DNA of 64,000 bases from Eledone cirrhosa (GCA_964016885.1 OZ024740.1:239444001-239508000); one strand, 5' to 3'; shown: positions 13,466 through 28,408, counted from the first letter of the stretch. Program-made: numbers and translations. Notes: generated by a model from the letters alone, not told the origin.

Positions 13466-13788
13466 CATAAAAGAGGGACATCTATTACATAAAAGGGACA
13501 TATATTACATAAAAGAGGGACATCCCCCCAACTATATAAACATCAATCTAGTTAGAAAAATATAAAGACAATTTCTTCTCAACATATATATGTATATTAA
13601 TAACCTCAAATTACCACACTAATAATGGAAAGATATGCTGATGAGAATAGGTGCAAATATGCTATAATGAATGTGTCTAAAAGCGACCATAAGTATGTAT
13701 ATATATGTGAAAATGTTTATAAATAAGTAAATATATATATATGTTTGATGTGCATAGTTAGATGTAAGTGTATTCATGTATTAAAGTG

Positions 13789-13822
<34 letters not shown>

Positions 13823-13862
13823 TTTTGCGAGGTTTTTTATATGAAATCGTGTGTCGAAACAG

Positions 13863-14360
<498 letters not shown>

Positions 14361-15065
14361 GATATATATGTATATGTATATATATACACATAGACTAGTG
14401 TATGTATGTATATATGTGTGTGTCTATACGTGTGTATATAAAGATAAGTTGAGTATGAAAATGTACACACATGAACGCGTATGTATGTACATGAATACAT
14501 GTGTGTATATATGTATGTATGCATGTGTATATGTATGTAAGTATGAACATGTTACTATGTGAATGTGAGTATATGTATTTTGTAGAGGGGTGCAAATATG
14601 TTTGTGTGTGAATGCGTGGGTGAAAGGATACGTACACTGGAAAGAAAAAATTTAAGTCTGAATGTTAATTAAGTGCAAACACAAAACCAACCACGCATAT
14701 CTTTACTATCTCTAATCCCTCTATAGATTTAGAAAAATAACCAATAATATATTCTATAAAAATGTCAAAGCAACAGATGGGAATCTAATTACTCACTGCC
14801 ACCAAAAATTCTCACTGCTATCAAAAAACCACTCCCTCAACTATTCTTCTAACAACTTCACCCCTCTCTCCTAATATTCTCTATAAAAACCAAACAGGTC
14901 CTCAGTAATATTATTCTGATGAAATGACAGTAAATAATAACATTGAAATATTGATTGTCTGCATAACTAATACTTTGTAGATAGCAGCTGTTTTCAGGTT
15001 ATGTAACTGTTATAGAAACACGTGTCAATAAATTCCTTTCAACTAAACTGTATCCATTCAAATCT

Positions 15066-15133
<68 letters not shown>

Positions 15134-15190
15134 TTCGGAATATCAGAAAACAAAAAACAAAATACAGACAAACGCAGGAGTAAATGTTAC

Positions 15191-15281
<91 letters not shown>

Positions 15282-15934
15282 TACTTCAAGAAACGTAGAT
15301 TTTAATTACATTATCAGAAACATATGCTGCTAATAAAGAACAAATATGCAAACAACAAAATATGGTATTTTAAAGATTATAACTTCCAGCGATAAAAATA
15401 TCCCAAATAACGTATTTGATTCTGTAATCTATATATATATATATGAGTGTATGTGTGTGTGTGTATAAGAGTCTATGTATGTGTGTGTGTGGGTGTGTGT
15501 GTGTGTGTGCGTGTGTGTGTGTGTTTATCATCCGTCTGCATCTATTATAAAATGATAATACACAAAGAGGCTTCTGGTTAATCAATAGAGCTTTTTATTA
15601 TACAGACATCAGAAAAATCTGAGGTTAAGTTCATACCGAAAAAACATGTTTGGTATATGTATGAATGAGATCAAAGATTAGATTATTACACAATAATCTA
15701 ATACATAGTGTATGGTGGCAGACAATTTGATGCAGGCTGTTTGCAGGTTATATACACAGACGTCTTGATATCACTTGAACAACTATCTATTTTCACAATA
15801 AATCAAAGGTCAGTTCTATCTACATAAATTATATTTGAATGCAGTTTTTATTTAGGAATTCACACAGCTAAATCACATAGAGTGGTTCTTGTATTAGTAA
15901 CTCGATAGTGGTGTGACAGTGTCTATTCAGACAT

Positions 15935-16757
15935 TGGCAGTATCGATAAAGCGTCGGACAATATGCTTTACAGCATAGAGCTTTACGTTATGCGTTCAAA
16001 TCCCGCCGCTGTTAGCCTTACCTTTCATCCTCACGAGATCGATATAATCGACTTTCCTATTCCCTCAAATTATTGGCTTTGTGCCTAAATCAGAAACCGG
16101 CAGTATTCGTAAAGCGTCGGACAACCTGCTTCGCGGCACAGAGTTAAGTCCCTTTGCGTTCTGAGTTCAAATCACGTCAACGTTACCCTTTGCCTTTCAT
16201 CCTTACGGGGTCGATAAAATAAAAGTACCAGTAATGCACTGGAGTAATTGCTAGCCTTGTACCAAAAGTAGAATCAATTATTAATTTCTAACAAGGTAAT
16301 GGATTGGCAGAATCGGTAGAGTGTCGGACAAGAGTGTTGTTCTGAGTTCAAATCCTGCCGAGGTCAAGTTTGCTTTTCCTCCTTCCAGGGTTGATACAAT
16401 AAGATACCAATTAAGTACTGGGGTTGATGAAATCGTCTTGCCTAAATTGGTTGTCTTGTGCCAGTGTTAGAAAGAATCATTTATTTCTAGCATTATGTTA
16501 CGAGTTCAAATCCCACCATAGTCAAGTTCACCTTTCATCCTTCTGGGATCAATAAATTAAAGTACCAATCAAATAGGCAGCAAATTGGCATATTCGATAG
16601 AACGTCGAATAGAATGCCTTGCGGTATTCGATTCCGCTCTCTGCTCTCTGAGTTCAAATCCTGCCGAGATCAACTTTGTCTTTCATCCATTCAAGGTCGA
16701 TAAAAAAACTACCAGTCTAGTACTGGGGTCGATTCTTCCTCAGTATCTCTTTCTCAT

Positions 16758-16800
<43 letters not shown>

Positions 16801-17105
16801 CTCCCCCCCCTCTCTCTCTTTCTCCCCCCCTCTCTCTCCCTCTCCCTCTCTCTCTCTCTCAATCTCTATCCTTCCCAGGAAGAAATCTGTGGTAATCAGA
16901 CCTGGAGAGGAGATGGGCTCCGCCAGGTTTAAATAATGCCATAGAAATGCTGTATGTCAATACGGCGCCCCTACGACTCCCTCAGGAGTTACGAGACCAT
17001 GCCGTGCCATACCACCAGTCAAATACTAGGGTCAATATAATCAACTGTCCCCCTCCCCAATAAGACTTATGACCTTATTCCAATGTGATAAAGTATTGCT
17101 TACTT
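15935..17105 (+). mobile_element. Cluster of at least 5 diverged family-1-like SINE copies, all in the same orientation
   Basis: Repeated TGGCAGTATCG / GAGTTCAAATCC / CCTTTCATCC / TTGTGCC..AGAAA motifs starting at about 15935, 16099, 16300, 16500 and 16586. Confidence 0.85.
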
Positions 17106-18199
17106 CTAACAACAGCATAAGGCCACAATATTTTAGGCTGGTCTGAGTAGAATAAATCTACTCGAGTACTTGATTGGTAATTATTTCATCGCTTCAGAAC
17201 AGCAATATCAACCTGAGCGGAATTTAAAGTTAAAACACAAAACATTTATTCCGATACTCTACAGATTCTTTATGCTACCAGGTTTTTACAAGATAACCAT
17301 ATAAAACAATATTTAACGTCTTAGACTGTTCCACACAATATCCTTAATAAAATGTACGACTTTAGGCGGTTAGACGATGACTCACTATATAGATTCTTCT
17401 TGCGTTATTTTAGATAACGTTATGGTACTCATTCTCGGCATCTCTGTTAATTGAAGCGTATGAAAGGAAATGACCTGCTCGCATTGACAGCAACATACCA
17501 AGTGAGAAAGGAGAAGCTCTAAATGGTCACTTGAACTAGTAGAAATCTCCCTCAAATTACACCCTGGCATCTTGAAAAAAAAAAAATGATAGAGTTGGGA
17601 CATATTGGATAATGTGCTTCTAGATAAGCAATTGTCGAAAAAATGACGGGGTGGTCATGGTTAAAAACACTTTTAATGACAAGTTTTGTCAGTCAAGGAT
17701 GACCATGGGCTAAACAACAGCAACAGCAATAGCAACAGCAGTGTAACACCTTCAATAGATTTGAACTAAAAACTCCATATCTACTCAGCCATTCGACATT
17801 GACCGGTATTCCTCTAATATTGTATATGTTTTTATTGATACACACAGTTGCCTATAAGTCTGCTTAGTCATGTCAATTCAGATAATCTCAATAATATATA
17901 GAAAGGAATCAATATTAGCTATATTGATCCTACAATAATAGTTCGAACTCAAATATTGATCTTTATTTTGTTAATATTTTATCAACACATATTCTTACTG
18001 AGAATTATTCTTACACACACACACACACATATATACATGCACACACATACACACGCCTCTGCTCGAATACACTTATTTTCATATATTCATATGCACATAG
18101 GAACAGATTTAGATACAGCCATATGTACACATGCATACATACCTACATACTTACATACAAACATACACACATACATGCATACGTACATACAAACATACA

Positions 18200-18797
18200 T
18201 GGTGGCTGCCAACTCGTTTTCGAGTACGGCCACTACTTTATATCCATGTAGGAGAACCCCTACTGATGCGCTGAACGAGTCCAGCCAGCGACTTAAAAAC
18301 TCTGGTACAAACACTACACTTGTGACAATTATTGACACACCGTGCTGGGCCCATGGTACCATGTGACGACAAGTGCAGAGAGATCTCCAGATATAAAGCA
18401 ATGCCTGTGCCGTGAAGCTTTTATAGTGAGCAAAGGCACTGCACAAAGCCAGTCCCACTCTCTTAACCAAGATGATATTTACCAAAAAGAAGAACAAGTC
18501 AACATCATTGGATACCATCAGGGTTGCAGGTGTTATATCAGAGTTTTCCTTCTCCTAGAATTCTGGCTTGACAAAGGCTAAGGGGTCATCTCTCCCAGTG
18601 ATTTTGGATGGCCATTGACTCTTAAGAGCTCCTTTGCACTTTGACAGGTTTTGGTTTTTAGTCCTGCAGGATGTCCAAAGTCACCTTCCTCACCAAGAAA
18701 CCTTGGTGGGGCTGCCAGTTTAGTCGCCAACGACCCGACCATGGGACAGCCTGTACTGGGATACATGTTACCAGTAGCACCAACTGGTGACCTGACA
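18200..18797 (-). mobile_element. ~600-bp dispersed repeat, subfamily a
   Basis: Reverse complement of 3575-4184, sitting inside a long (CATA)n tract. Confidence 0.85.
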
Positions 18798-20697
18798 TAC
18801 ATACATACATACATACATACATACCTACATACCTACATACTTACATACAAACACACACACATACACACATACATACATGCAAACATACATACATACCTAC
18901 ATACTTACATACAAACATACACACATACATGCATACATACATAGATACAAACATACACACATACATGCATACAAACATACATACATACATACATACATAC
19001 ATACATACATACACACATACACACATACATGCATACATGCATACAAACATACATACATACATGCACACACATCTTTTCTCGTAAATGCACACTCTACCTC
19101 TCTCTGTCTCTTTCTCTTTCAACGCATACATTCAAACACGCTTTCTCACAGACACACGTATCCACCGCTGGCCCCCACACATATAGACAAGGCCCGCCAT
19201 TACTGATAAATCTGCTAAAAGGGGATTGAATTCAAAAAATCAATATTTGCCCCCCCCCCCCCCCCCCCCCCCCCCGCCACACACACACCCACCCACCCCA
19301 TACACACACACACGCATATATATCAGAGAGTATTCATTTCCCTTCTAAAATATCTTAATTAATATCACGAAAGTCGAAGTTTTCTGTCTCGCCTTTATTT
19401 CTCACGTAATGTATTGTTTGATAGATTAACGACATTAACAAAAGCTCCTAATTATCTCTGTGTAGTTTTGTTTTTCTCTTTTAACGATTGTCTCTGAGGA
19501 AATATTGAAATAGTCAAACACGCGAGTATTTCAACAGATTAATCTCCAAACACTTAAAATACTGTTAATATATTTTTTAATTCTTTTCTTCTAATTTTAT
19601 TGCTTTCTTTACAGAACATGTTTTTGTATATTAAATGTCTTCCTAGAAAAACTAGCACAAAACACACCGTTAAATATAGTCCGATAAATATAGTCAAACA
19701 TAACTAGTAAGCTGCCGGAAATTGAAATTAATATTAAACAAGTGATTATAGAAGGATAAAAAAATAACACTTCACAAACTTTTGCTAAATCTTTTGCAAC
19801 TATTTCTAGGTTAATGAAGTTCGTAAATTGAGATAAATTTACTCTTGGACCCGGAGCATTGCTTAACACGTTATATTCTCATCTCTCAAAAGCATACAAA
19901 CATACCAAAATAGATTTATATCAGGAAATTACATTTGCCAACGTAAACCACCACTACTTTCATTGGCCTCGGGCATTTATTTGTTATAATTCTTATAATG
20001 AAATTCCCAAAATACCTGAGTAGTTATTGAAACAGGTTTTCAGTGTGTTTCTGTTTGTATTTTTCAATCTAAAGGTAAAGTATTTGAGAACTCGCGGGGA
20101 TGATTTGCACTATCTTCTCTCGTTCAATATTATAATCCCATCGACCACAACTCTGCGTTTCAATTCTTCTAGATAGATGAATATAGTTTGCATCAAGTAG
20201 TCGGTCGATTTCTCCCAACTCTGCGGAAATCGGCTATGTGAAGTGGCCAAGAAAAGAATATATATATATCAAGGAGCCTCCAATTCTTCCTCTAACGCTC
20301 TGTAGAGTGGACAAGAAAGAAAGATCTTAAGAAATTCTCTAGCAGCGAAATATAAAAATTATTTATGTTGTTATTGTTGCTTAGCTCCAGGCCAACCCTG
20401 TCGGGCAGCTTTATGATAACAGGAGTTCCCGCTATAAACATCCCTTTTTTTTCGAGAATAGCGCCTTTAGGACAAGGATGTCTGAGAGGAATTCTACCAG
20501 AAAGCACACAGATTCTTTCGAGGCACTTTCTTTCTCTTTTCGATGCACACAAAACATTTTCTGAGATCTCAGGAAATTCTTGAGGCCGGTTGTGATGTAT
20601 CCGTACAGCCCATTCCCAAATACCTTGCCAGTGACTGCATTATCCAATATGTCCTGTCTTTCATAGGAGAGAATGATGTTACTTTATATAGATATAT

Positions 20698-20915
20698 GAC
20701 AGTCGATTGACTTTCGTCAAATCGGACCGAGGAAACAATGTTTCCATTGGTCTTTCCAATTGCTAATACTTTTTATCGGTCGCGACTCCAGGTAGAAGGA
20801 GCAACGTGAAGTAAAGTGTCTTGCCCAAGGAAATAACGCATCGCCCGGTCCTGGAATCGAACTCACAACCTCACGATTGAAAGTTTAATTCTCTTACCAC
20901 TCAGCCACGCGCCTT

Positions 20916-20920
<5 letters not shown>
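20698..20920 (-). mobile_element. tRNA-derived SINE, family 2
   Basis: Minus strand reads GTGAAGGCGCGTGGCTGAGTGGTAAG (A box)...GAGTTCGATTCC (B box)...CCTTGGGCAAGACACTTTA. A homologous copy lies at 26474-26686. Confidence 0.85.
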
Positions 20921-20967
<47 letters not shown>

Positions 20968-20974
20968 CATATAT

Positions 20975-21200
20975 ATATAAGTATGTACACGTACATACAT
21001 ATATGTATACAGACGTACAGTAGTATGTATATACATACATGCACACATATATATATGTACGTATGGATTCACCGAGCATTATAATAAATGTTCGGTGAAT
21101 CCATACGTACATATATATGTGTGCATGTATGTATATATATATACATACTACTGTACGTCTGTATACATATATGTATGTACGTGTACATACTTATATTTAA
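20975..21200. repeat. ~220-bp palindrome of the hairpin-rich repeat family, centred on its internal hairpin
   Basis: GTACGTATGGATTCACCGA-gcattataataaatgt-TCGGTGAATCCATACGTAC, with arms extending about 100 bp each way. Confidence 0.85.
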
Positions 21201-21589
21201 GTAACAGCCGTACTAAGAGTGGGAAATGAAATTTCGTTTCATTTTTTCCGTTTACATATATATATATATACATATATATACATACACACACACACACGTA
21301 CACATACACACACATATATATATATACATATATATACATACACACACACACACGTACACATACACACATATATATATATAAATTTTGAGTATATGTTGGT
21401 TGTTTACCGACACCTCAGTATGCAGATTGGAGCACTCGACGAAGTACGCAGGTTGGTTTGTTTACTCCGGGGTAATGTAAAATAATTAAGTCAAATATGT
21501 GAACCTTGACTTCGTTTATTATAAACTAGCAGCAGTACCCAGCGTTGCCTCGGTAGGTAAAATAATATCTGCTTTGATGAAAAGGTGTT

Positions 21590-22340
21590 GATCTTAGCGA
21601 CTGCTTCTCGATGACTCATCTATGGCCACACACAGTTGCCCCTGAACTTTAAATGTAGGCATGAAACCGTCTTCCTTAACAATGATTGTTCCAAACGATG
21701 TCATCTGAAAGCGCAGTTGTATTTCCGGATATTTTCAAGGAAGTGCTTAGACTCCGCTGTTTCACCTGCCAGATACGCCTTGAATGGCTCAGGTGGATCA
21801 AGGAGGAAAGGTAAGCTGACCTTTCCATTCGCGCAGCACATCGCAGATAGTTCACCTGGCCACATCATGACATTGCAGTAGCTGCAAATGGTGGACATAT
21901 GGCCAATGATCACAGCAGCATGGGTGGCAAAATTGAAGGTTGGGCTATATTCAAACGCTTTAAGTAGCCATCGCGAACTGGAAGGCCTTGAAAGACAATT
22001 TCTGGAAAGGCTTCTTTGAAGATTACTCTGCAACCGATCACGCCTTTCGGATGATGTCTCCGTAGCCCGTGCAGTGGCCGTCGACATTGCGTTTCTTCTT
22101 TGTCTGCGAACACGCTGACCCTTATTTTCAGAAACTCGTGCACTGGCCTTCGACACAGCGTCTCTTGTCCTACTGTGGACGCGCCGATCCTCCGTTTCAG
22201 CAGCGCGTGCAGCGGCCGTGGACATTGCGTTTCTAGTTTGTTCTTATTGCGGCATTTTGTAGTGGCTCACTTGCTCGTCTATTTGTCATACTTCTGCCTC
22301 GCGCCGTTTTCCGACCAATTTTGTTACTCTTCTTCGGAGG
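21590..22340 (-). pseudogene. Helitron Rep/Hel N-terminal fragment
   Basis: ORF 21701..22225 contains IGHMSTICSYCNVMMWPGELSAMCCANGKVSLPFLLDPPEPFKAYL...SKHFLENIRKYNCAF, the characteristic Cys-rich region preceding the Rep domain. The Rep and helicase domains are absent. Confidence 0.88.
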
Positions 22341-22353
22341 CATTATCTAAAGA

Positions 22354-22541
22354 TGGGCGGTGGATTGGCAGTATCGGTAGAGGGTCGGACGCCATGCTTT
22401 CCAGCATAGTTACGTCCCTTTACGATCTGAGTTCAAATCCCGCCGAGGTTGACTTTGCCTTTCATCCTTACGGGGTCGATAAAATAAAGTACCAGTAATG
22501 CACTGGGTAATTCCTGGCCTTGTGCCTAAAGTAGAAACAAT
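22354..22541 (+). mobile_element. Family-1 SINE inserted into the Helitron
   Basis: Full-length copy with 12-bp TSD ATTATCTAAAGA (22342-22353 and 22540-22551). Confidence 0.93.
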
Positions 22542-22848
22542 TATCTAAAGAGTAGTTTAAGCACACCTGGAATAGCACCCGTGAAAGAGATTAATGCAGA
22601 GAAGAGTATAGCTGGATTGTACAAAGTAACCATTTATCGCAGACTTTAAAAGTTAAAGAATTATCGTTGACACCCGGTTGTAGTAGAGGTCAATAGTGAG
22701 ATGAACGGAGTCCAAGTAGGAATAAAACCTGGTTGGAAATTCATGAGCTGCGAGTTTCTTGAACATCGGTCGTAAGGTTGAGTGAAATGTTGAGTGAAAT
22801 CGTATATAATTTTATATATACACAGATATATATAAAATAGAAAGAAAG

Positions 22849-22982
<134 letters not shown>

Positions 22983-23563
22983 AGAGAAAGATTATATATA
23001 TATAATAGAGAGAGAGAATTAACATACAGATCGATGTAGGAGTGTAGATATTAAGTGATGTCGTCTGCTGAGTTAACGGTGAAAGTTTATATGGATTGAC
23101 GATTTCTCCTACATTCGTTCTTTTTCATTAGTAGTGTCTGATGATAGAATGGTGTTGATGTTTCTTAAGATGATTTTACTTAAATATTTTGTTCAATGTA
23201 TTTTTAGCTGGTAGAGCGACCAAGAAGTCATTTGTCATTGTGTGGCAATTGTTTTAACCGATTAGAGTAACTATCAACTGGAAATAATTCCTTCTGTCCT
23301 GCTCCTTAGGTATCAAGATTTACTTCCCTTTAATTTGTTTTAACTAAGATTTTGTGTATTTGGTTGACTTATTTTTGAATATTTAATGACCCTGGAATAA
23401 AAAAAACGATACGTTGATATATAGAAAACACTCCCCGATGACTAATCTATGAGCCTGTAAAGTTTCATGAAAATCGGTCGTAAGATGTAGGCCCCTATAA
23501 TACTACACAGACACACACACACACATACATACTTAATTTTATATATATACAGATTATAGATAT

Positions 23564-23618
23564 ACTGCTATATATATTTCGGTGACAGCCATCATTGGCT
23601 GTGACCTCTTCAGACAGT
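23564..23618 (-). ncRNA. Minimal type-I hammerhead ribozyme
   Basis: Minus strand reads ACTGT-CTGAAGA-GGTcACAGCCA atga TGGCTGTcACC-GAAA-T atat A-TA-GCAGT. It has the full core, a long stem II, a 2-bp stem III with a palindromic loop and an AUA cleavage triplet. Confidence 0.85.
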
Positions 23619-24494
23619 CCGAATTGGTGTGGGAGAGATAGGTACACATTTTGTTGAAGTGTGTTTTACTCCGTCAAAACACCGATATGTCCAGCTCCTG
23701 GTTGCGTTGTTATTTCTCTGAGGAACTGGAATCATATGAATTAGAACAAACGAATTTCGGCGTCATAGGACACTCTGAGTCTGTGTTTGTGCGTGTGTGC
23801 TTGCAACGATGTGCGTTGACACGCATATGTACTTTATGCCAAAATAGGAACTGTAGTCATTTGCATTTCCGGATTTTGACACTCAGGTTTTGGTGTTTTA
23901 CACTCCACTTTTGTCTCATTTGCTCTTAAAACGCACCACCCAATGATAGTGTAAGAATTGTAATTCTTTACACTTCTCAATTCTGACACACAGGTTTTCT
24001 ACTTCAGTTAATATTTTCCAAATCTTTCAAATTTTGATATTGGTTGTAACACATACGCATTTTATTTTTTTATTTGTTTGGCCCCCACCCCCCACCACGT
24101 GAAATGGTGGCAGGATAGATGCCAACCCCCCCCCCACACACACACACAAATTCTTATGAACATAGTAGCAGCAAACCAAAGGTGACCTGCCAACTGATCT
24201 CTTAACACCACTACCACTACCAACACAATGGAGGAGATCAGCTACACTTAAACAAAAAAAACTAAAACAGATTGTCTTGCCTCAGAAAAATTTCTGTAGA
24301 CCTTTGACTGAGGATTGTTCTCACAACTGACCAATGGGATGAGAGAGTGTCTGTCCTATGACGCCGAAATTCGTTTGTTCTAATTCATATGATTCCAATT
24401 CCTCAGAGAAATAACAACGCAACCAGGAGCTGGACATATCGGAGTAAAACACACTTCAACAACATGTGTACATGTCTCTCCCACACCAATTCGG

Positions 24495-24549
24495 ACTGCC
24501 TGAAGAGGTCACAGCCAATGATGGCTGTCACCGAAATATATATAACAGT
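24495..24549 (+). ncRNA. Minimal type-I hammerhead ribozyme, inverted sister copy
   Basis: ACTGC-CTGAAGA-GGTCACAGCCAATGATGGCTGTCACC-GAAA-TATATA-TA-ACAGT, with one C/A mismatch at the core-proximal pair of stem I. Confidence 0.8.
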
Positions 24550-25934
24550 ATATCTATAATTTATAATAAACGAAGCCAAAGTTTACATATTTGACTTAAT
24601 TATTTTATATATATAATAGCAGAGTAGCCAGTCCTTGCCGGGCAATGGCCATAGAATTCCTTTCTTTGATTTTTTAAAATTCCCTGTCAGACCATGTCTC
24701 CTCGTGCCTCAACCCTCATTACTTATTCAGACGGGCGCAGATTTCGAAAATCAAATCCGTTTTTCTCGTAGATGCACCGTTTCGGAGCCTTTCGATGACA
24801 TACATGCATACATACACACAGGGTAACAAAGTTACCCAGTAGTCAAAAGGAGCTCAGTAAATGTAGTGTGAATATCACATTTCTTTATTAGTATCCTTCC
24901 TTATGATCATTTGAATGTTGCGCTATATAGGCCTAGCACATTTATTTCAACATAACTTCAGTGGGAAAACAAACGTTCGACAGGCTTCCGCACAGTCTCC
25001 TGCTGTCAAATGTCATTCAAATAATATATGTGAACTCGATACTGTGATAGAGACACTTGTAGAACTTGCAACACTCGGAATCAGGGTAGACAAATTTGAC
25101 CTCCGAGTAATTTGAAGTCAGAACTCTAAACCGCAATCATTTTGCTCGAGGCTGTAGCAATTCTGCAATCCTGAGTTTTATATTTTGAACATTTCAGAAT
25201 TCAACTTCAATATCTCCATTATGATATACAATTAGACAATATCAGTTTTGCAGTCTCGAAAAATATAATAATACTTTTTATGGGTAATGTCTTTTTCTAT
25301 ATATATATTATATTACAAATATTGATTACGTATGAAATCAATCTCTTAGTTTTTTTACTCTTTTCCCCTTTTAAAATATTCCCCCACAATATTATCAACT
25401 TTATATAATTGATGGGTGAGGATATATAGTTTCCTTTCTTAAATTAAGAATTAGATATATCTTGGAGAACATATGTAGAAGTGTTCAAGGTTAGCAAGTA
25501 TCTTCATGGTTAACTAAAATGCTCTATGTAATATAAAACTAACAAAAAGTTCTTCAATGTAAAACATACAAAAATATTCAGTTTTTATCAAGAATGCTCA
25601 AGGTTAAAAGAATACTGAAGGTTAACAAACATTTTCAAGGTCAAAAAGAATGCCTATGGTTAAGAAAGGTTGTGTAAAAGTGTCATAATAATTTTGGTAG
25701 AGTGCGGTGTTACTAACTTTTGGGAGGGGCTTATGTCTAACTGAATAAGCAATTTGTCAATGTCATTACAGAAATGTTTGTGCAAGACTTCTTTTAGGTA
25801 AATTTCAACTGGAATGATGATTACATTCTCTAATTGTCATGGCACTTTTAGTTACGTTGATGTAATTTCTTTGCTTCGCAACTAGCTTCTGCATATTCAT
25901 GTGCTGTTGCTATGTTATTAATTATAATAACAAA

Positions 25935-26452
25935 GGGCGGTGAATTGGTAGTATCGGTAGAGGGTCGGACGCCATGCTTTGACGTATAAAGTTACGGTCC
26001 TTGCCATTCTGAGTTCAAATCCCGCCGAGGTTAACTTTGCCTTTCATCCTTACGGGGTCGATAAAATAAAGTACCAGTAATCTACTGGGTAACTGCTGGC
26101 CTTGTGCCAAAAGTAGAAACAATTAATTATAATAACATAAAGTAGAAACAATTAATTATAATAACATAACTATTTTTCATTTTTGTTTCAGAGGATGTCA
26201 AGTTTACTCTGTACTATCTGTTGACCTGTATCATTGTAATTGTCATTATTGTTATTGTTATTGTTAGAGCGGTGGATTGGCAGTATCGGTAGAGAGTCGG
26301 ACACCATGCTTTGCAGCATAGTTACGTCCCTCTACGGTCTGAGTTCAAATCCCGCCGAGATTCACTTTGCCTTTCATCCTTACGGGGTCGATAAAATAAA
26401 GTACCAGTAATGCACTGGGTAATTGCTGGCCTTGTGCCAAAAGTAGAAACAA
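25935..26452 (+). mobile_element. Two family-1 SINE copies (25935-26122, 26268-26452)
   Basis: Both are full length with A/B boxes. The first has TSD TTAATTATAATAACA and a duplicated 3' tail. The second is flanked by TTATTGTTATTGTTA. Confidence 0.9.
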
Positions 26453-26473
26453 TTATTGTTATTGTTATGGTTT

Positions 26474-26686
26474 GTGAAGGCGTGTGGCTGAGTGGTTAGA
26501 GAATTGGATACGCAATCTTCAGGTTGTGAGTTCGATTCTCGGACCAGGCGATGCGTTATGTCCTTGAGCAAGACACTTTATTTCATGTTGCTCCTTCTAC
26601 CTGGAGTTGCGACCGATAGATAGTATTAGCAATTGGAAAGACCGATGGAAACATTGTCCAATTTGACGAAAATCGATCGACTGTTG
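26474..26686 (+). mobile_element. tRNA-derived SINE, family 2
   Basis: Homologous to 20698-20920. Confidence 0.85.
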
Positions 26687-26710
26687 ATTTTTGATATTAT
26701 TATTATTATT

Positions 26711-26815
26711 TTCTTAGAGTCACTATTATTGATGTTATTTAACTGGAAAGTTTGTTCAAATGAACAATAAGCCGCTATATGCAAACTCAGATATTCAGGA
26801 TGTTTCGGAAGGTTT
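26711..26815 (-). mobile_element. ~105-bp extreme 5'-truncated, diverged Dong-like copy (3' UTR plus last codons)
   Basis: TTGATGTTATTTAACTGGAAAGTTTGTT..CTCAGATATTCAGGA aligns with the Dong 3' end at 46705-46812. (TTA)n lies on both sides. Confidence 0.8.
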
Positions 26816-27000
26816 ATTATTATTCAGTAGCGTTGTTAATATCGTGTGCCTTCATTGCATTAGCGAGTACAGCCTTGGTTATGTGAACTGTTTGGGTTTG
26901 GTGTTGTTTCTATTGTATTGAAAATACATTACATAATATGTGTGTAATGCCTAGTTATGTTAATATCTGTATTTTGTGCATATCATTAAGTCGTGTTATT

Positions 27001-27187
27001 TGGATGTATTGGCAGTATCGGTAGAGGGTCGGACGCCATGCTTTGAAGCATAGAGTTACGTCCCTTTATGATCTGAGTTCAAATCCCACCGAGGTTGACT
27101 TTGCCTTTCATCCTTACAGGGTCGACAAAATAAAGTACCAGTAATGCACTGGGTAATTGCTGGCCTTGAGCTTAAAGTAGAAACAGT
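27001..27187 (+). mobile_element. Family-1 SINE
   Basis: Full A/B box copy with TSD-like GTTATTTGGAT on both sides. Confidence 0.88.
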
Positions 27188-27259
27188 TATTTGGATAATG
27201 TATCTGAATATTTTCTGATCAGTCGGAAAACATTTATTATTATTGTTTTCAGACCACAA

Positions 27260-27700
27260 ATTCTCTTCATCCCTATATTTAGATGTCTTTATCTAGGTGA
27301 ACTTTTCAATGTTTTCTTATTTCCTGAAACCGATTCGTCAATTAGAAGGCATTTAGTTACCCGGTAGTCTTTGAATACAATATCTGGTCGATTAGACATG
27401 ATTTGCCTGATTGCATTGGCTATTCGCTGAATTGAATCACTTTTTCGCCAATTTCTCTAGTTTAAACCACACGTGCTTTTCTCTACTGCTATTTTATTAT
27501 CCTGGCATAATAACGAAAGGCCCAACTCTGTCATGCCTGCATATGTATTTTTTCTTGACTAACATTGGGCAGTCATTGCCATATATTCTAACTCGGGTGA
27601 TGATGGTTTCTGATGAGTGCAGCGATATTGTTCCTGTACTGCTACAATCAGCAATCCTTGATTAACAGCTTTGGGTCTAGCCTCGCATCCAGTGTTACAC
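27260..27700 (-). pseudogene. Ancient RLE-type non-LTR remnant
   Basis: Manual minus-strand translation gives NQGLLIVAVQEQ and SNRPDIVFKDYRVTKCLLIDESV, matching EGLIISAQDQ and NRPDIILKD..CLLIDMSV of the 31.7-32.8 kb element. Confidence 0.65.
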
Positions 27701-27763
27701 ATTTGCTTGTATACTTCCTTTCAGACTAGCGTTTCCAGGCATTGTCTCTCTCTCCCTCTCTCC

Positions 27764-27909
<146 letters not shown>

Positions 27910-27957
27910 GCGTGCATGTATGTATGTATGTGTATGTATGCATGTGTGTGCATACAT

Positions 27958-27988
<31 letters not shown>

Positions 27989-28341
27989 CATAATAGAATT
28001 GTGTAACTCCACTTTTCGTATAGCCTTATCTTGGTGTTTCTCATTTCTATTTTCATTTCAGCTTGTTCTGTATTGTTGACTTCTTTCGAAAGAGAAAGGT
28101 ATTTGTGTTTTTGTTTCTTAGTAATTTGTATAAGTTTTCCATCATTCATGACAATATATTTCAGTAGTTATAGATTAGCTATGTAGTTGGTTGCTAAAGG
28201 CACCTATTTCATTCTATTTGTGGTAAATATAATTGTTTCTACTTTTTGGCACAAGGCCAGCAATTATCCCAGTGCATTACTGGTACTTTATTTTATCGAC
28301 CCCATAAGGATGAAAGGCAAAGTTAACCTCGGCGGGATATA

Positions 28342-28399
<58 letters not shown>

Positions 28400-28408
<9 letters not shown>

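Noticed and set aside
14905-15030. CTGATGA-AATG..CATT-GAAA and GAAACACGTGTC hammerhead-like pieces
   Set aside because: Stem I/III or the core is missing in each. At most these are decayed pLTR remnants.
19560-20050. Possible second pogo/Tigger transposase remnant on the plus strand
   Set aside because: Only faint motif echoes (LLD..H, LP..TT) among many stops, which is not enough to support a call.
25480-25672. Degenerate ~20-nt periodic CAAGGTTAA repeats
   Set aside because: This is an old minisatellite. The units are too variable and there are no unique spacers or cas genes, so it is not CRISPR-like.
26170-26230. Polypyrimidine tract plus CAG resembling a splice acceptor of a host exon
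   Set aside because: No convincing donor or coding signal follows, and no other exons were identified.
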